Positions 17,119 to 25,200 are shown, counted from the first letter of the stretch. The stretch is 38,709 nt of DNA from Candidatus Hadarchaeota archaeon (GCA_964446015.1 CAYUMT010000003.1:4251-42959), one strand, 5' to 3'. Made by a program: numbers and translations. Notes: generated from the letters alone by a model not told the origin.

Positions 17119-19116
17119 TCAGCCCGATGAGATTGTAAAGGGTCGAAGGCTAATTACCACCACCGTTGTCTTGAACATCCTCTCTGGAATCTCCCAGCGG
17201 TATGCAAGCGGTTTGTGTAAGTAATAGGGCCCATGGGCAAGCGGCAGCGTCGGGTTGTCGAAGTCGAAGATTTCCTCAACCGGCTGAACCTCCAATTCAA
17301 CGGCCACATCCCACTGTCCCCACCAGAGCGTGACCCCCGTGGGCCAAAGCGGGATGGGTGTGGCCATAGGTGAGCCGAGCAAACCTGCCAGGTCCCCGCG
17401 CTTGTATTTCACGTCCTTTACTCTGAATTCGTGGTAGACGGATATTCCAGGTAATTTCTTAATTGGCGGGGGCGGCAGCAATTCGTAAAATTCTTCGCGG
17501 CCGATCTTGAACGTGGGCGGTCCTGATTTTATCCTTAGTTGAAGTTCATCATCTATATCAAATTCCCTGAGTTTCTCGGTTGATGGCTCCAGCCGTTGCG
17601 ATAACTTTAGCATTCCCTCAATGTTTGTTTTTGCTCCATCAAGCACGAACCTCAGGAGGCCAATTGTTCCATCCGATTCGTCATCGGCGCAGACAGGTAA
17701 CCTATCCTCTACGAGCCGAGGTGGTTTATCGGCGTACGTTTCAACCATGACCCATCGTTTTGGGTTCGGTCTTGCTAGCAGCTGCTTGATTGAACTCTGG
17801 ATTTCCTTTAGGTGGTCTTCCAAATGACTTTCGAATCCCCCCGAGGCGAGCCTCATCAATATGCTGGCTATAGCTCCATTGATATCTAGTAATTTGTCGA
17901 GCGTCCCTCGCGTTCCCCAAAGCACCTGTTCTTCAAAAGATGGATACCCTTCGTCGATTGACCTAGATTTCAGGCTTTGGTGAATGACGGACATTAACGA
18001 GTTGTTGGATGTGGAACCGGCCATTGACTCGATCAAATGGTTGAATTGTTCCCTAACCTCGGAGACCTTATCAGTCGCACTTAGGACGCTCATTTTAGCC
18101 TTTTCGAGTGAAGTTTGAATTTTATTAACTAGGGCGCTCTTGTTTTCGGAACTATTTAATATCACGGCCGTTTCTCTCGCCACCCTAACTGACCGTTCAG
18201 CATCGATTAAAGAATTCGAAGCATCATCAAGCACCCTCACTGCACCCCCAAGATAGCCATTCAAAACCTCAATATCCGCAGCTTGAATGGGGTTAACCAG
18301 CACTCTACTTTCTTCCAAACCCAGAATCGGATTTTTCCCTGTTTTCATTCCCTGAGCTTTTTCGATTAACAACTGCGCGGCCGCCCAATAATCGGACGAT
18401 CCGAATGTATTTAGTTCGTGGAGATTCCAAGCGGCCTCGAATAAGGCCTCGGTATGGGTGTGGCTGAGCTCCACGTTCTTAGTCGCCCATGCTTCGGACC
18501 AAGATTTTACGTATTCCATCATCTGCCACAGGTTAGAAATCTCATGCTGCCTTTCCAAGAAATCGTTCATGCGCTGTTGAAGTAAAAAATATCTGGAGTC
18601 GACAAACACTTCAACATTTTCGAACATTAGCGCGAGCGATGCGGTCCCATCCCAAGATTTGAGCTCTATATAGGAGTCGTTAGGGAGACCAGCGCGTGTT
18701 AGCACGTAGCCGTCTCCGTTATCCTCGATGATTAAGTTTGGCCAATGCGATTCTTCAGAGATATCTAGGTTGATGCGCGCATCATGTTTAGGGTATGCAC
18801 GCTCTAACTCGGTCAGGCTCTCTCTAAAATACTTGGTGGCTAGGGACTCGATGGCATATTTCCTACCATTGTCATCGTAATCGCTTGCCCTTTTTCCGAC
18901 CTCCCAAAGCGCCCTGTAAACGGAGTATCTCACAGTCGACCTTAGTTCGCCATGAACTTCTGCGGTATCCGCTAGCAGGGACGAGGTAGTTGCATCCCCC
19001 GTGGTTGAAAGCGAGCGCTGGTGCCTTAACCAAGCCGTCTGGGCAACCATCCCAAGAACCAACATGACTATGAGGGCCCCAGCAGCGCTGAATGGCATGA
19101 ATCCGCTTTTCTTCAT
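17119..19116 (-). CDS. large (665 aa) protein with pilin-like N-terminal helix; last gene of the pilin-like operon
   Basis: N-terminus MKKSGFMPFSAAGALIVMLVLGMV (basic residues, then G followed by a hydrophobic helix). A long helical middle part follows, then a Pro/Trp-rich C-terminal region (LLPPPPIKKLPG, PLWPTGVTLWWGQWD). ATGA overlap with the upstream gene. Confidence 0.75.
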   Translation of the reverse strand: MKKSGFMPFSAAGALIVMLVLGMVAQTAWLRHQRSLSTTGDATTSSLLADTAEVHGELRSTVRYSVYRALWEVGKRASDYDDNGRKYAIESLATKYFRESLTELERAYPKHDARINLDISEESHWPNLIIEDNGDGYVLTRAGLPNDSYIELKSWDGTASLALMFENVEVFVDSRYFLLQQRMNDFLERQHEISNLWQMMEYVKSWSEAWATKNVELSHTHTEALFEAAWNLHELNTFGSSDYWAAAQLLIEKAQGMKTGKNPILGLEESRVLVNPIQAADIEVLNGYLGGAVRVLDDASNSLIDAERSVRVARETAVILNSSENKSALVNKIQTSLEKAKMSVLSATDKVSEVREQFNHLIESMAGSTSNNSLMSVIHQSLKSRSIDEGYPSFEEQVLWGTRGTLDKLLDINGAIASILMRLASGGFESHLEDHLKEIQSSIKQLLARPNPKRWVMVETYADKPPRLVEDRLPVCADDESDGTIGLLRFVLDGAKTNIEGMLKLSQRLEPSTEKLREFDIDDELQLRIKSGPPTFKIGREEFYELLPPPPIKKLPGISVYHEFRVKDVKYKRGDLAGLLGSPMATPIPLWPTGVTLWWGQWDVAVELEVQPVEEIFDFDNPTLPLAHGPYYLHKPLAYRWEIPERMFKTTVVVISLRPFTISSG

Positions 19117-19787
19117 GCGTACCAGAGCTCCAGCGCGACTTCAGCAATCGGGTCTATTTTGAAGTAATCAGGCAGTTCAGTTCCGAGCGCATCCTCAAGG
19201 CGTTTTGTTAGTTCATCGCCGATTTCAGGTAAAAATAGCATCAATGTTTCAGAGCAAAGTTGTTCTTTTGCCCCAACTAAATTTTCAACCTCGAACTCGA
19301 AATGAACGCGGGCAAATCCGAGTTTAATTGGCTCAGCCCTGACGCGAAGGCGATAGCAGAACCTTCCTCCGATCAATCGGTCGATGCACGACTTTAGGAG
19401 GCCCCTGAGTTTATCATCCATCATCCGGTTTGGACGCAAAAGCGTGAGATCCGTTCCACCCACCTCCAAGTACATATTCAAAAGTGTTTCCTCGACCAAC
19501 AGGTTGGCGAGGGTCTTGTTGTGAAGTCTCCGTTTCGCTGATTCTTCCACAATGGGGATGATCAAATTGTTGTCAAGGACGCTCAATTTGTACTCAAAGC
19601 CCCCAAACTGGTCGGCAGTACAGTGCTGGATGGATAGTAACGTGCTTTGCGCGAAGGTGGAGGCATAGCGTTTGCTCTCAATTTTAGGATCTATGGGGTT
19701 CACGATAAACAGAAAGGTTATCGCGATTGAAACTAACATGGCGAAGACTAACAGGTCGACAACGGTGCCCGTTCCCTTATTATTCAC
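19113..19787 (-). CDS. pilin-like protein 5 (N-terminal hydrophobic helix)
   Basis: I place the start at the GTG at 19787, one nt after the upstream TAA (19791-19789), giving VNNKGTGTVVDLLVFAMLVSIAITFLFIV. The track's 28-codon extension to 19871 would overlap the upstream gene by 83 nt. Confidence 0.7.
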   Translation of the reverse strand: MNNKGTGTVVDLLVFAMLVSIAITFLFIVNPIDPKIESKRYASTFAQSTLLSIQHCTADQFGGFEYKLSVLDNNLIIPIVEESAKRRLHNKTLANLLVEETLLNMYLEVGGTDLTLLRPNRMMDDKLRGLLKSCIDRLIGGRFCYRLRVRAEPIKLGFARVHFEFEVENLVGAKEQLCSETLMLFLPEIGDELTKRLEDALGTELPDYFKIDPIAEVALELWYA

Positions 19788-19788
19788 T

Positions 19789-20214
19789 TTACCCTCTCCA
19801 GATTCGCACTGATAACTCGCAGAGCATTGCCGATCCCCTTCCGCAAGCCACAGCTGCCGGGATGCTCGCACTGGCGCTTTGAGGCGCGTCCATAAGGGGA
19901 CCGTGTGAAAAGATTATCCTGCCATCAATGGATTTAACTTCAACACGAATTTTCACCCCTTGCACCGCTCTCGATTTTGAGTAATTTTCTAGCCTCTCGT
20001 GCGAGAGCCCTAGAAGGCCGGACTCTCCTCCCTGCGTCACTAGCACTCTGTCCCTGAGCTGCCCCGCCACATCGAGGGCCAGGTCAAAATCATCGCAAGC
20101 GTTTAGCCGTTTCGAATAGTTGTCATAGGAATTGAACAGTGCCGCCATAAACGCGGCTAATATCAGGACCACGATCATGGTCGAGAAAAGGTCTTCTGCT
20201 ACATGAAGCGCCAT
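19789..20214 (-). CDS. pilin-like protein 4 (N-terminal hydrophobic helix)
   Basis: MALHVAEDLFSTMIVVLILAAFMAALF, then an amphipathic helix and a beta-rich C-terminus. It directly abuts the upstream gene with a 0-nt spacer. Confidence 0.7.
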   Translation of the reverse strand: MALHVAEDLFSTMIVVLILAAFMAALFNSYDNYSKRLNACDDFDLALDVAGQLRDRVLVTQGGESGLLGLSHERLENYSKSRAVQGVKIRVEVKSIDGRIIFSHGPLMDAPQSASASIPAAVACGRGSAMLCELSVRIWRG

Positions 20215-20640
20215 CTAAGATAACTCCACTTCAATCCCATTTGATTTTTTTGCCAATATCTCTCGCGGGTTTTTAACAGATAGAAAGAAGTCGCCGCGAT
20301 TAACGGTTGTCGAGAGCTCTAGTAGGCGTTCAGTTTTAATATCGGACGAAACTTGGATTTGTATTAACTGTAGACCGTCAGCTAACTTACCATTTATCAG
20401 AACTTCAAATTGTCCCGAGGTTGCAGACAGCTCACGTTTCAGTTCAGCGTCCCCCAGAAACTTATCTATTTCATCAATTGTCTTGGCTATTTCGCCGGCG
20501 ATTTGCTCAAGTTCCTGCCTTTCCGCAAATCGCCTGTAGCCTGCATTTATCGAGGTAATTGCCCCAATGATGGCAATGACTGCGATAGCGAGTCCGATTT
20601 TACAGAGCAGGAAGTCAGGAGAAACTCCATAATTATCCAA
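20215..20640 (-). CDS. pilin-like protein 3 (N-terminal hydrophobic helix)
   Basis: MDNYGVSPDFLLCKIGLAIAVIAIIGAITS, then a helix and beta strands. It has an 8-nt overlap with the upstream gene. Confidence 0.7.
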   Translation of the reverse strand: MDNYGVSPDFLLCKIGLAIAVIAIIGAITSINAGYRRFAERQELEQIAGEIAKTIDEIDKFLGDAELKRELSATSGQFEVLINGKLADGLQLIQIQVSSDIKTERLLELSTTVNRGDFFLSVKNPREILAKKSNGIEVELS

Positions 20641-21046
20641 TATGGGCCCCCCTTATCCTCAAGATGTAATTTCCGTCAACACGTTCAAGTTCCACAAGGT
20701 AGCTCCCGCTCCGGATTTCTCCCATATCCGAGAGCGTTTGCAGCGGAAGGATTTCGTCTCGTACTATAGTGTCCTCCTGCATCAATCGCAGGTTTTTGCC
20801 ATCTACGAGGATCGAGCAGCTTCCCATCTCCAGTTCAACAACTTCGGTTGCGCCCGCACCTCCAGCGCTTATGAATCGAGAGGTTTCGATGAGCAAGTTG
20901 AAACTATCGATGGCTCGCTGACGTTCGCTAATCCTCTGAGCTCTTTCGAGGGTAGCGACTCCTATTGATAACGTACATACACCGAGCAAAGTTCCAAGGA
21001 GCAGCACCACTGGCAGTGACTCCACGCCACGGATATCGCGCAGCAT
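20633..21046 (-). CDS. pilin-like protein 2 (class-III-signal-like N-terminus)
   Basis: MLRDIRG|VESLPVVLLLGTLLGVCTLSIGV: RG is followed by a hydrophobic helix, then a helix plus beta-rich domain. Confidence 0.7.
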   Translation of the reverse strand: MLRDIRGVESLPVVLLLGTLLGVCTLSIGVATLERAQRISERQRAIDSFNLLIETSRFISAGGAGATEVVELEMGSCSILVDGKNLRLMQEDTIVRDEILPLQTLSDMGEIRSGSYLVELERVDGNYILRIRGAHIG

Positions 21047-21050
21047 TAAA

Positions 21051-21428
21051 TCATCCCACAGCAGCTTGACCTTGCCATGGGATGTATCCGTTTCGGGTGA
21101 CCTGAACTGTCACGACGACAGCTTTAGCGCCGTTCATGGGTATTGTAAATGTATATTGGTTGGAGTTTTTCCCCAGAGTATGTGCATCCGTGCCCCCTAG
21201 ATACTTCACAACAACAGTCGTACCGCCGAGGGCATCTCCACTCGCGGCATCGTAGACTTTTACGGTCAGGCGGTTCTTTGAGGTTGAGAACTGGATCTCC
21301 ATGTCCTTCAGGACGCTACGCTCCGCAGTCCCCACAAACTGCATGAGGATGCCCATGGTCATCGTGCCTATGACGAGCGCCATCACCAGCTTGATAGGGA
21401 CGCCCATCAGCTGTCCCTTATCGTCCAT
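21051..21428 (-). CDS. pilin-like protein 1 (class III signal peptide-like) with carboxypeptidase-regulatory-like beta-sandwich
   Basis: MDDKG|QLMGVPIKLVMALVIGTMTMGILMQFV fits the archaeal prepilin pattern [KRDE][GA][ALIFQMVED][ILMVTAS]. The C-terminal part (VKVYDAASGDALGGTTVVV...TVQVTRNGYIPW) looks like a CarboxypepD_reg-type domain. Confidence 0.75.
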   Translation of the reverse strand: MDDKGQLMGVPIKLVMALVIGTMTMGILMQFVGTAERSVLKDMEIQFSTSKNRLTVKVYDAASGDALGGTTVVVKYLGGTDAHTLGKNSNQYTFTIPMNGAKAVVVTVQVTRNGYIPWQGQAAVG

Positions 21429-21460
21429 TTTTCCCGCCGAGGCTTTGGGCGGGAGTTAGT

Positions 21461-21466
21461 TATAAA
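21461..21466 (-). promoter_or_regulatory. TATA-box candidate for the pilin-like operon
   Basis: The minus strand reads CTTTATAAC, 33-38 nt upstream of the ATG at 21428. Confidence 0.35.
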
Positions 21467-21525
21467 GGAGTAAAATTAACTTGTATGAACAACGTTTGTC
21501 AGGGCTCCAGATATCGTTATGATGA

Positions 21526-21618
21526 TGACATACGTGTATCAATCTTCAATTTACTTCATGAAATACGTGTGTCAACGATATGGTCAGGTCATCACGATAG
21601 TGCGACATACGTGTGACA
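21526..21618. promoter_or_regulatory. three phased copies of a 16-nt quasi-palindrome (consensus TGAcATACGTGTgtCA)
   Basis: TGACATACGTGTATCA (21526-21541), TGAAATACGTGTGTCA (21559-21574) and CGACATACGTGTGACA (21603-21618). The shared exact 8-mer is ATACGTGT, with spacings of 33 and 44 nt. Each copy is accompanied by a TATCGT/ACGATA flank. Confidence 0.5.
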
Positions 21619-21682
21619 TCCACCGTGGCCTTGCAGGGGAGTTCTTTATAGGCGGCCAAACTTTGGTTTAGACGTGAGCGAG

Positions 21683-21946
21683 ATGTCAGGCGCCTACTAC
21701 GTTTACATCCTGCGGAGCCTGAAGGACGGAAACTTCTACATAGGATGTACCTCCGACCTGAAGCGCAGGCTGGCCCGGCACAACGGCGGATGGGTTCGTT
21801 CCACAAAGGCAAGGCGGCCTTTCGTGCTGGTTTACTGGGAGGAACTCCAGACGCGCAGCGAGGCGATGAGACGTGAGCGAAAGCTGAAATCGTTTAAGAA
21901 AAAGGATAAGCTAAAGCTGGTCGAGGCCTTTCGTCGAACTAAATAG
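21683..21946 (+). CDS. GIY-YIG nuclease family protein (UPF0213-like, stand-alone)
   Basis: YYVYILRSLKDGNFYIGCTSDLKRRLARHN.G....TKARRPF.LVYWEE...RSEAMRRERKLK matches the GIY-YIG signature. ATG at 21683 is preferred to the track GTG at 21674. TTTATA lies at 21645-21650. Confidence 0.85.
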   Translation: MSGAYYVYILRSLKDGNFYIGCTSDLKRRLARHNGGWVRSTKARRPFVLVYWEELQTRSEAMRRERKLKSFKKKDKLKLVEAFRRTK

Positions 21947-21983
21947 TTTTTTAACTTGTTCATATTAGCTAAATCGGGATTGC

Positions 21984-22478
21984 ATGGGAGACAGGGCCTT
22001 AAAGTGGTGTCTTAGGCTGTTGGGCATCGCCTTGTTGATAGGTCCCATACTAGTCGCGCTCAGCGCTAACAACTGGGACATCAAGGCTGCAGTTCTTCCC
22101 ACCGAGGAGGAAATGAATCAAGTGATGGATTCTGTCACCGGAGTTTTCGGTGGTGGTTTCTCCCAAGACACTTTCGTTATTGGGAACCCGTCGGTAAGTG
22201 GTAATAAGGTGAGTTTGCTGGTCAGCTTTAAATCGCCGTTCAACGTGCCGATAAAGATAATCGATGTCACGATCACAGTGGCGGACAAGGGCGTACAGGT
22301 TGGCCAGCTAAGTATGCAGGATAGCGTGGTGGAGGTCCCGGTAAATGGCACTGCGAATTTAACGCTTGTCGGCACGTTAACCGGATCTTATCCAACCGAT
22401 CCGCAGTTTAGCATCCAGAGCGGAACATTCGAGGTGTACGGCGTGAGCGTACATCTTCAGATGGGTGGTCAGGCATGA
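21984..22478 (+). CDS. membrane-anchored beta-sandwich protein (possibly LEA_2/Ig-like fold)
   Basis: N-terminal TM helix LRLLGIALLIGPILVALSA, then alternating beta-strand pattern (VSLLVSFKSPFNVPIKIIDVTITV...VEVPVNGTANLTLVGTL). The family assignment is tentative. Confidence 0.6.
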   Translation: MGDRALKWCLRLLGIALLIGPILVALSANNWDIKAAVLPTEEEMNQVMDSVTGVFGGGFSQDTFVIGNPSVSGNKVSLLVSFKSPFNVPIKIIDVTITVADKGVQVGQLSMQDSVVEVPVNGTANLTLVGTLTGSYPTDPQFSIQSGTFEVYGVSVHLQMGGQA

Positions 22479-23098
22479 AAGAAGGTTCTTCATCCATGAA
22501 CTGGCTTGGCGTGGTTGCAGGTGCGTTGATGGTGGTTCTGCCTTTCCTAGGGCCATGGTGGATTGGTCAGGCCGGTGCTGGTGCTTTTGAGGTAGCGTTT
22601 TCACCTTTTGATGTATCTATAAATCTTTTGGGTAGCTCAATTCACTCCAGCATAGTAGATCTCTTCCTTCTTGCAGCGAGGATCGCGATGATATTAGGGG
22701 GAATCTTCCTAATCCTAGGCTCGCTGTTCGCGAAGCGCTGGTGGTCTAAGCGTCTGGTCAGGTTCGGCATAATGAAGCCCTTCTGGGCGGTTGTGGGTCT
22801 TTTTATCCTGCTTGTTTTGGGTGCATTTATTGTCAATTATGTACTGCCAATGTTGCTGCCGAACCTTGTAGCCGGCGCAGGAGACATTGGCGGCGTGACG
22901 ATAGATCTTAACCTACCCTATGTCGTTGGGACTTCAAACTCAACCATCCAGATAGGGACGATGGCGACCATTACGGCCCCGATTAGCTTTTCGCTAACTT
23001 GGGTCTTTTGGTTCGCCGTGGTCGTTGCTGCTCTCGCAATCGCAGCGCGAATTTACCACCGCAGGTTAACGAAAGAGCAAAAAAGCATAGTACCTTAA
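22475..23098 (+). CDS. polytopic membrane protein, unknown family
   Basis: 207 aa with about 5 hydrophobic helices. ATGA overlap with the upstream gene. Confidence 0.6.
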   Translation: MKEGSSSMNWLGVVAGALMVVLPFLGPWWIGQAGAGAFEVAFSPFDVSINLLGSSIHSSIVDLFLLAARIAMILGGIFLILGSLFAKRWWSKRLVRFGIMKPFWAVVGLFILLVLGAFIVNYVLPMLLPNLVAGAGDIGGVTIDLNLPYVVGTSNSTIQIGTMATITAPISFSLTWVFWFAVVVAALAIAARIYHRRLTKEQKSIVP

Positions 23099-23257
23099 AT
23101 TGTCTATCAGTTTTTTGAACCCGATAAAAACCCGCACCCATTATCCTCGTTTTTCCTTATTGTTGGTAATTTAACTAGACATCAGGCGAAATTACAGCGA
23201 ATGCAGTTTTGAAATGCAGTACTTGGACAGAGGCATTTTTTGGTCAAAATCGCTCCA

Positions 23258-23881
23258 TTAAGCTCTGCATAGAGTTTTTTCGAGATTTTTAAGGTTGAAC
23301 GTTGTATTGGCACATCCATTCTTAACGAGGAAACCCATCTGACCCGGCAGATTCTTCTGTCTAAATAATTCTCCAGCTTCCTTTAGTTCTTGACTGCATG
23401 CAATCCCTACGGCCCCCTCGTACCGATTTTTCGCTATTATTTGGCGTATGCAGTTGCCACCGGGCAATACGTATACGTCATATCCGTTTTCCTTTCCAAG
23501 TACGGTTGCCTTATTGATCAGACAGTCCGGGGAGCATTGGGAGCAGTAGTATGATGGAACATCAGGCTCAAAGCGCGCTTGGCACCTGTGGTCCATGTAT
23601 TTCCTCGAACAATGGGGCAGAAAGAGTGCTCTCTTTTCAGTTTCTAAGAACTTCTCCCTGTCTTCAATATTTCTAGCGTGTAAATCTATTAGATCTTCGA
23701 CGAGCAATATCACGTCAGAAATATCCAGACCCGTTAGTTCATTGATCCTGAATTTTTCACACAAGCGTCGCGCGCTTCCCCCAATTCTTCTGTGCATGCT
23801 CTTTGCGTGCGCAACCTTGATAATCTCTCCGAAAAAGGCTTGGCTTATGTGAGATAGGTCAAACCTGAACTTGTATGGCAT
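23258..23881 (-). CDS. DUF116 (COG1852) cysteine-rich protein
   Basis: LFLPHCSRKYMD.RC.A......YYCSQCSPDCLINKA......GYDVYVLPGG.C........YEGAVGIAC..EL matches the DUF116 pattern. Confidence 0.8.
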   Translation of the reverse strand: MPYKFRFDLSHISQAFFGEIIKVAHAKSMHRRIGGSARRLCEKFRINELTGLDISDVILLVEDLIDLHARNIEDREKFLETEKRALFLPHCSRKYMDHRCQARFEPDVPSYYCSQCSPDCLINKATVLGKENGYDVYVLPGGNCIRQIIAKNRYEGAVGIACSQELKEAGELFRQKNLPGQMGFLVKNGCANTTFNLKNLEKTLCRA

Positions 23882-23952
23882 ATTTTAATGACGGCGGCCA
23901 AGTTTTTAAAACTGCTAGGTAATCGCAAATTAAAGATAGTCATAAATCTAGG

Positions 23953-25197
23953 TCATTCGTAGCGAAGTGCCACTATTGGGTCTAAATTTGCAGCTTTTCT
24001 TGCTGGTAACAGTCCCGCCATCACGCCCACGAGGAAAGACAGGGCTATTACTCCCACTATTAGTTCGGGTATTATCACGATACTCGCATTGAGCGATTGA
24101 AATCCACCTCCTTGGGGAAACTGAGAACCGCTGAAGGCTAAACTGGACAAAAAGAGTAACCCTTGGCCTAACCCTAACCCTAAGGCGACTCCGATGGCAC
24201 CTCCTATGAGGCTTATGATCCCAGACTCAAGTACAAACAAAAGCAGTATGTCACGGTTTGTCGATCCTATGGCCTTCATGACACCTATCTCCCTAGTCCT
24301 CTCTGAGACGGTCACGTACATTATGTTGGTGATCCCGATCGTCCCGACAATCAGGGAGATTCCCGCTATGCCTCCCAGAAGGATGGTCAGCAAGCCGGTG
24401 ATCTGTCCCACTATGCTGGTGATGTATTCCGGTGTTATCACCGTGAAGTCCTCATTGCCCTTTGTCACTTTGTGGGAGCGGCGCAGAGCTTCCGAAATCC
24501 TGTCGGCCACTTCGCTTACGTTTGCGTCGGGCTTTACCCCCACGGTTATTGAATTCACCCTGTCCGCGGACAGTTGAAACAGATCCCTCATCTCCTTCTT
24601 TGGAATATATATTGTAGAATCCGTAGTTACGAAAAGGCCGCCGCCCTTATTTAAAATACCAACAACCTGGAATTCCGCGCCGTTTATGATGAGCTTTTTT
24701 CTTATGCCGACATCCTTCTCGTACGTGTCGTAAGCGACAGAATTGCCTATGATTGCGGCAAGGCGGTCAGAGTCCTTTAGATATCTCCCTATCTCTATGC
24801 CCAGTGTGTCTAATTTTTGAAAATCGCTGGGAGAGACACCTGCGATGGTCAAACCTTGCGCCTCGCCCCCATAATCTACGAGTACGGATGTCTGGATCTG
24901 ACCGTAAGCTGCCTGCACCTCGGACACGCTCAAAACCGTGTCGACATCCTTTTCGGTTAACACGCCTGTCGTCGCGGAGCCGCCAAAAGTTCCGCCTATT
25001 CTTGCTGTAGTGACAGTGATTCTATTTCCCTGAAGCTTTTCAAGTTGGCCGCTAATTGAGGCACTAATTCCTTGAGTCGCTGAGACCATGCCGACAATGG
25101 CCGCTATCCCTATTATAACGCCCAGCGTGGTCAGAGCGCTCCTCAACCTCCTCTGGGTTAAGTTTCTGAATATTAGGACAAGAGACCCCTTTAGCAT
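23953..25197 (-). CDS. ABC transporter permease, MacB/FtsX type
   Basis: 414 aa. N-terminal TM helix, a large MacB-type periplasmic domain, and a C-terminal FtsX region with 3 TM helices (ERTREIGVMKAIG). Confidence 0.9.
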   Translation of the reverse strand: MLKGSLVLIFRNLTQRRLRSALTTLGVIIGIAAIVGMVSATQGISASISGQLEKLQGNRITVTTARIGGTFGGSATTGVLTEKDVDTVLSVSEVQAAYGQIQTSVLVDYGGEAQGLTIAGVSPSDFQKLDTLGIEIGRYLKDSDRLAAIIGNSVAYDTYEKDVGIRKKLIINGAEFQVVGILNKGGGLFVTTDSTIYIPKKEMRDLFQLSADRVNSITVGVKPDANVSEVADRISEALRRSHKVTKGNEDFTVITPEYITSIVGQITGLLTILLGGIAGISLIVGTIGITNIMYVTVSERTREIGVMKAIGSTNRDILLLFVLESGIISLIGGAIGVALGLGLGQGLLFLSSLAFSGSQFPQGGGFQSLNASIVIIPELIVGVIALSFLVGVMAGLLPARKAANLDPIVALRYE

Positions 25198-25200
25198 ACA

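Noticed and set aside
19788-19871. The 28-codon N-terminal extension of the 252-aa track ORF (MRASRQLWLAEGDRQCSASYQCESGEGK).
   Set aside because: It overlaps the preceding gene by 83 nt and precedes the pilin-like helix. A GTG at 19787, 1 nt after the upstream stop, gives the same N-terminal architecture as the sibling genes.
21517-21600. Box C/D sRNA reading of the triple-motif region: AUGAUGA at 21520-21526 on the plus strand and GUGAUGA on the minus strand at about 21589-21596.
   Set aside because: No proper D box (CUGA) lies at a workable distance on either strand. The D' and C' candidates are badly degenerate, and both 'guides' would be the same ATACGTGT repeat. A protein-binding operator explains the phased quasi-palindromes better.
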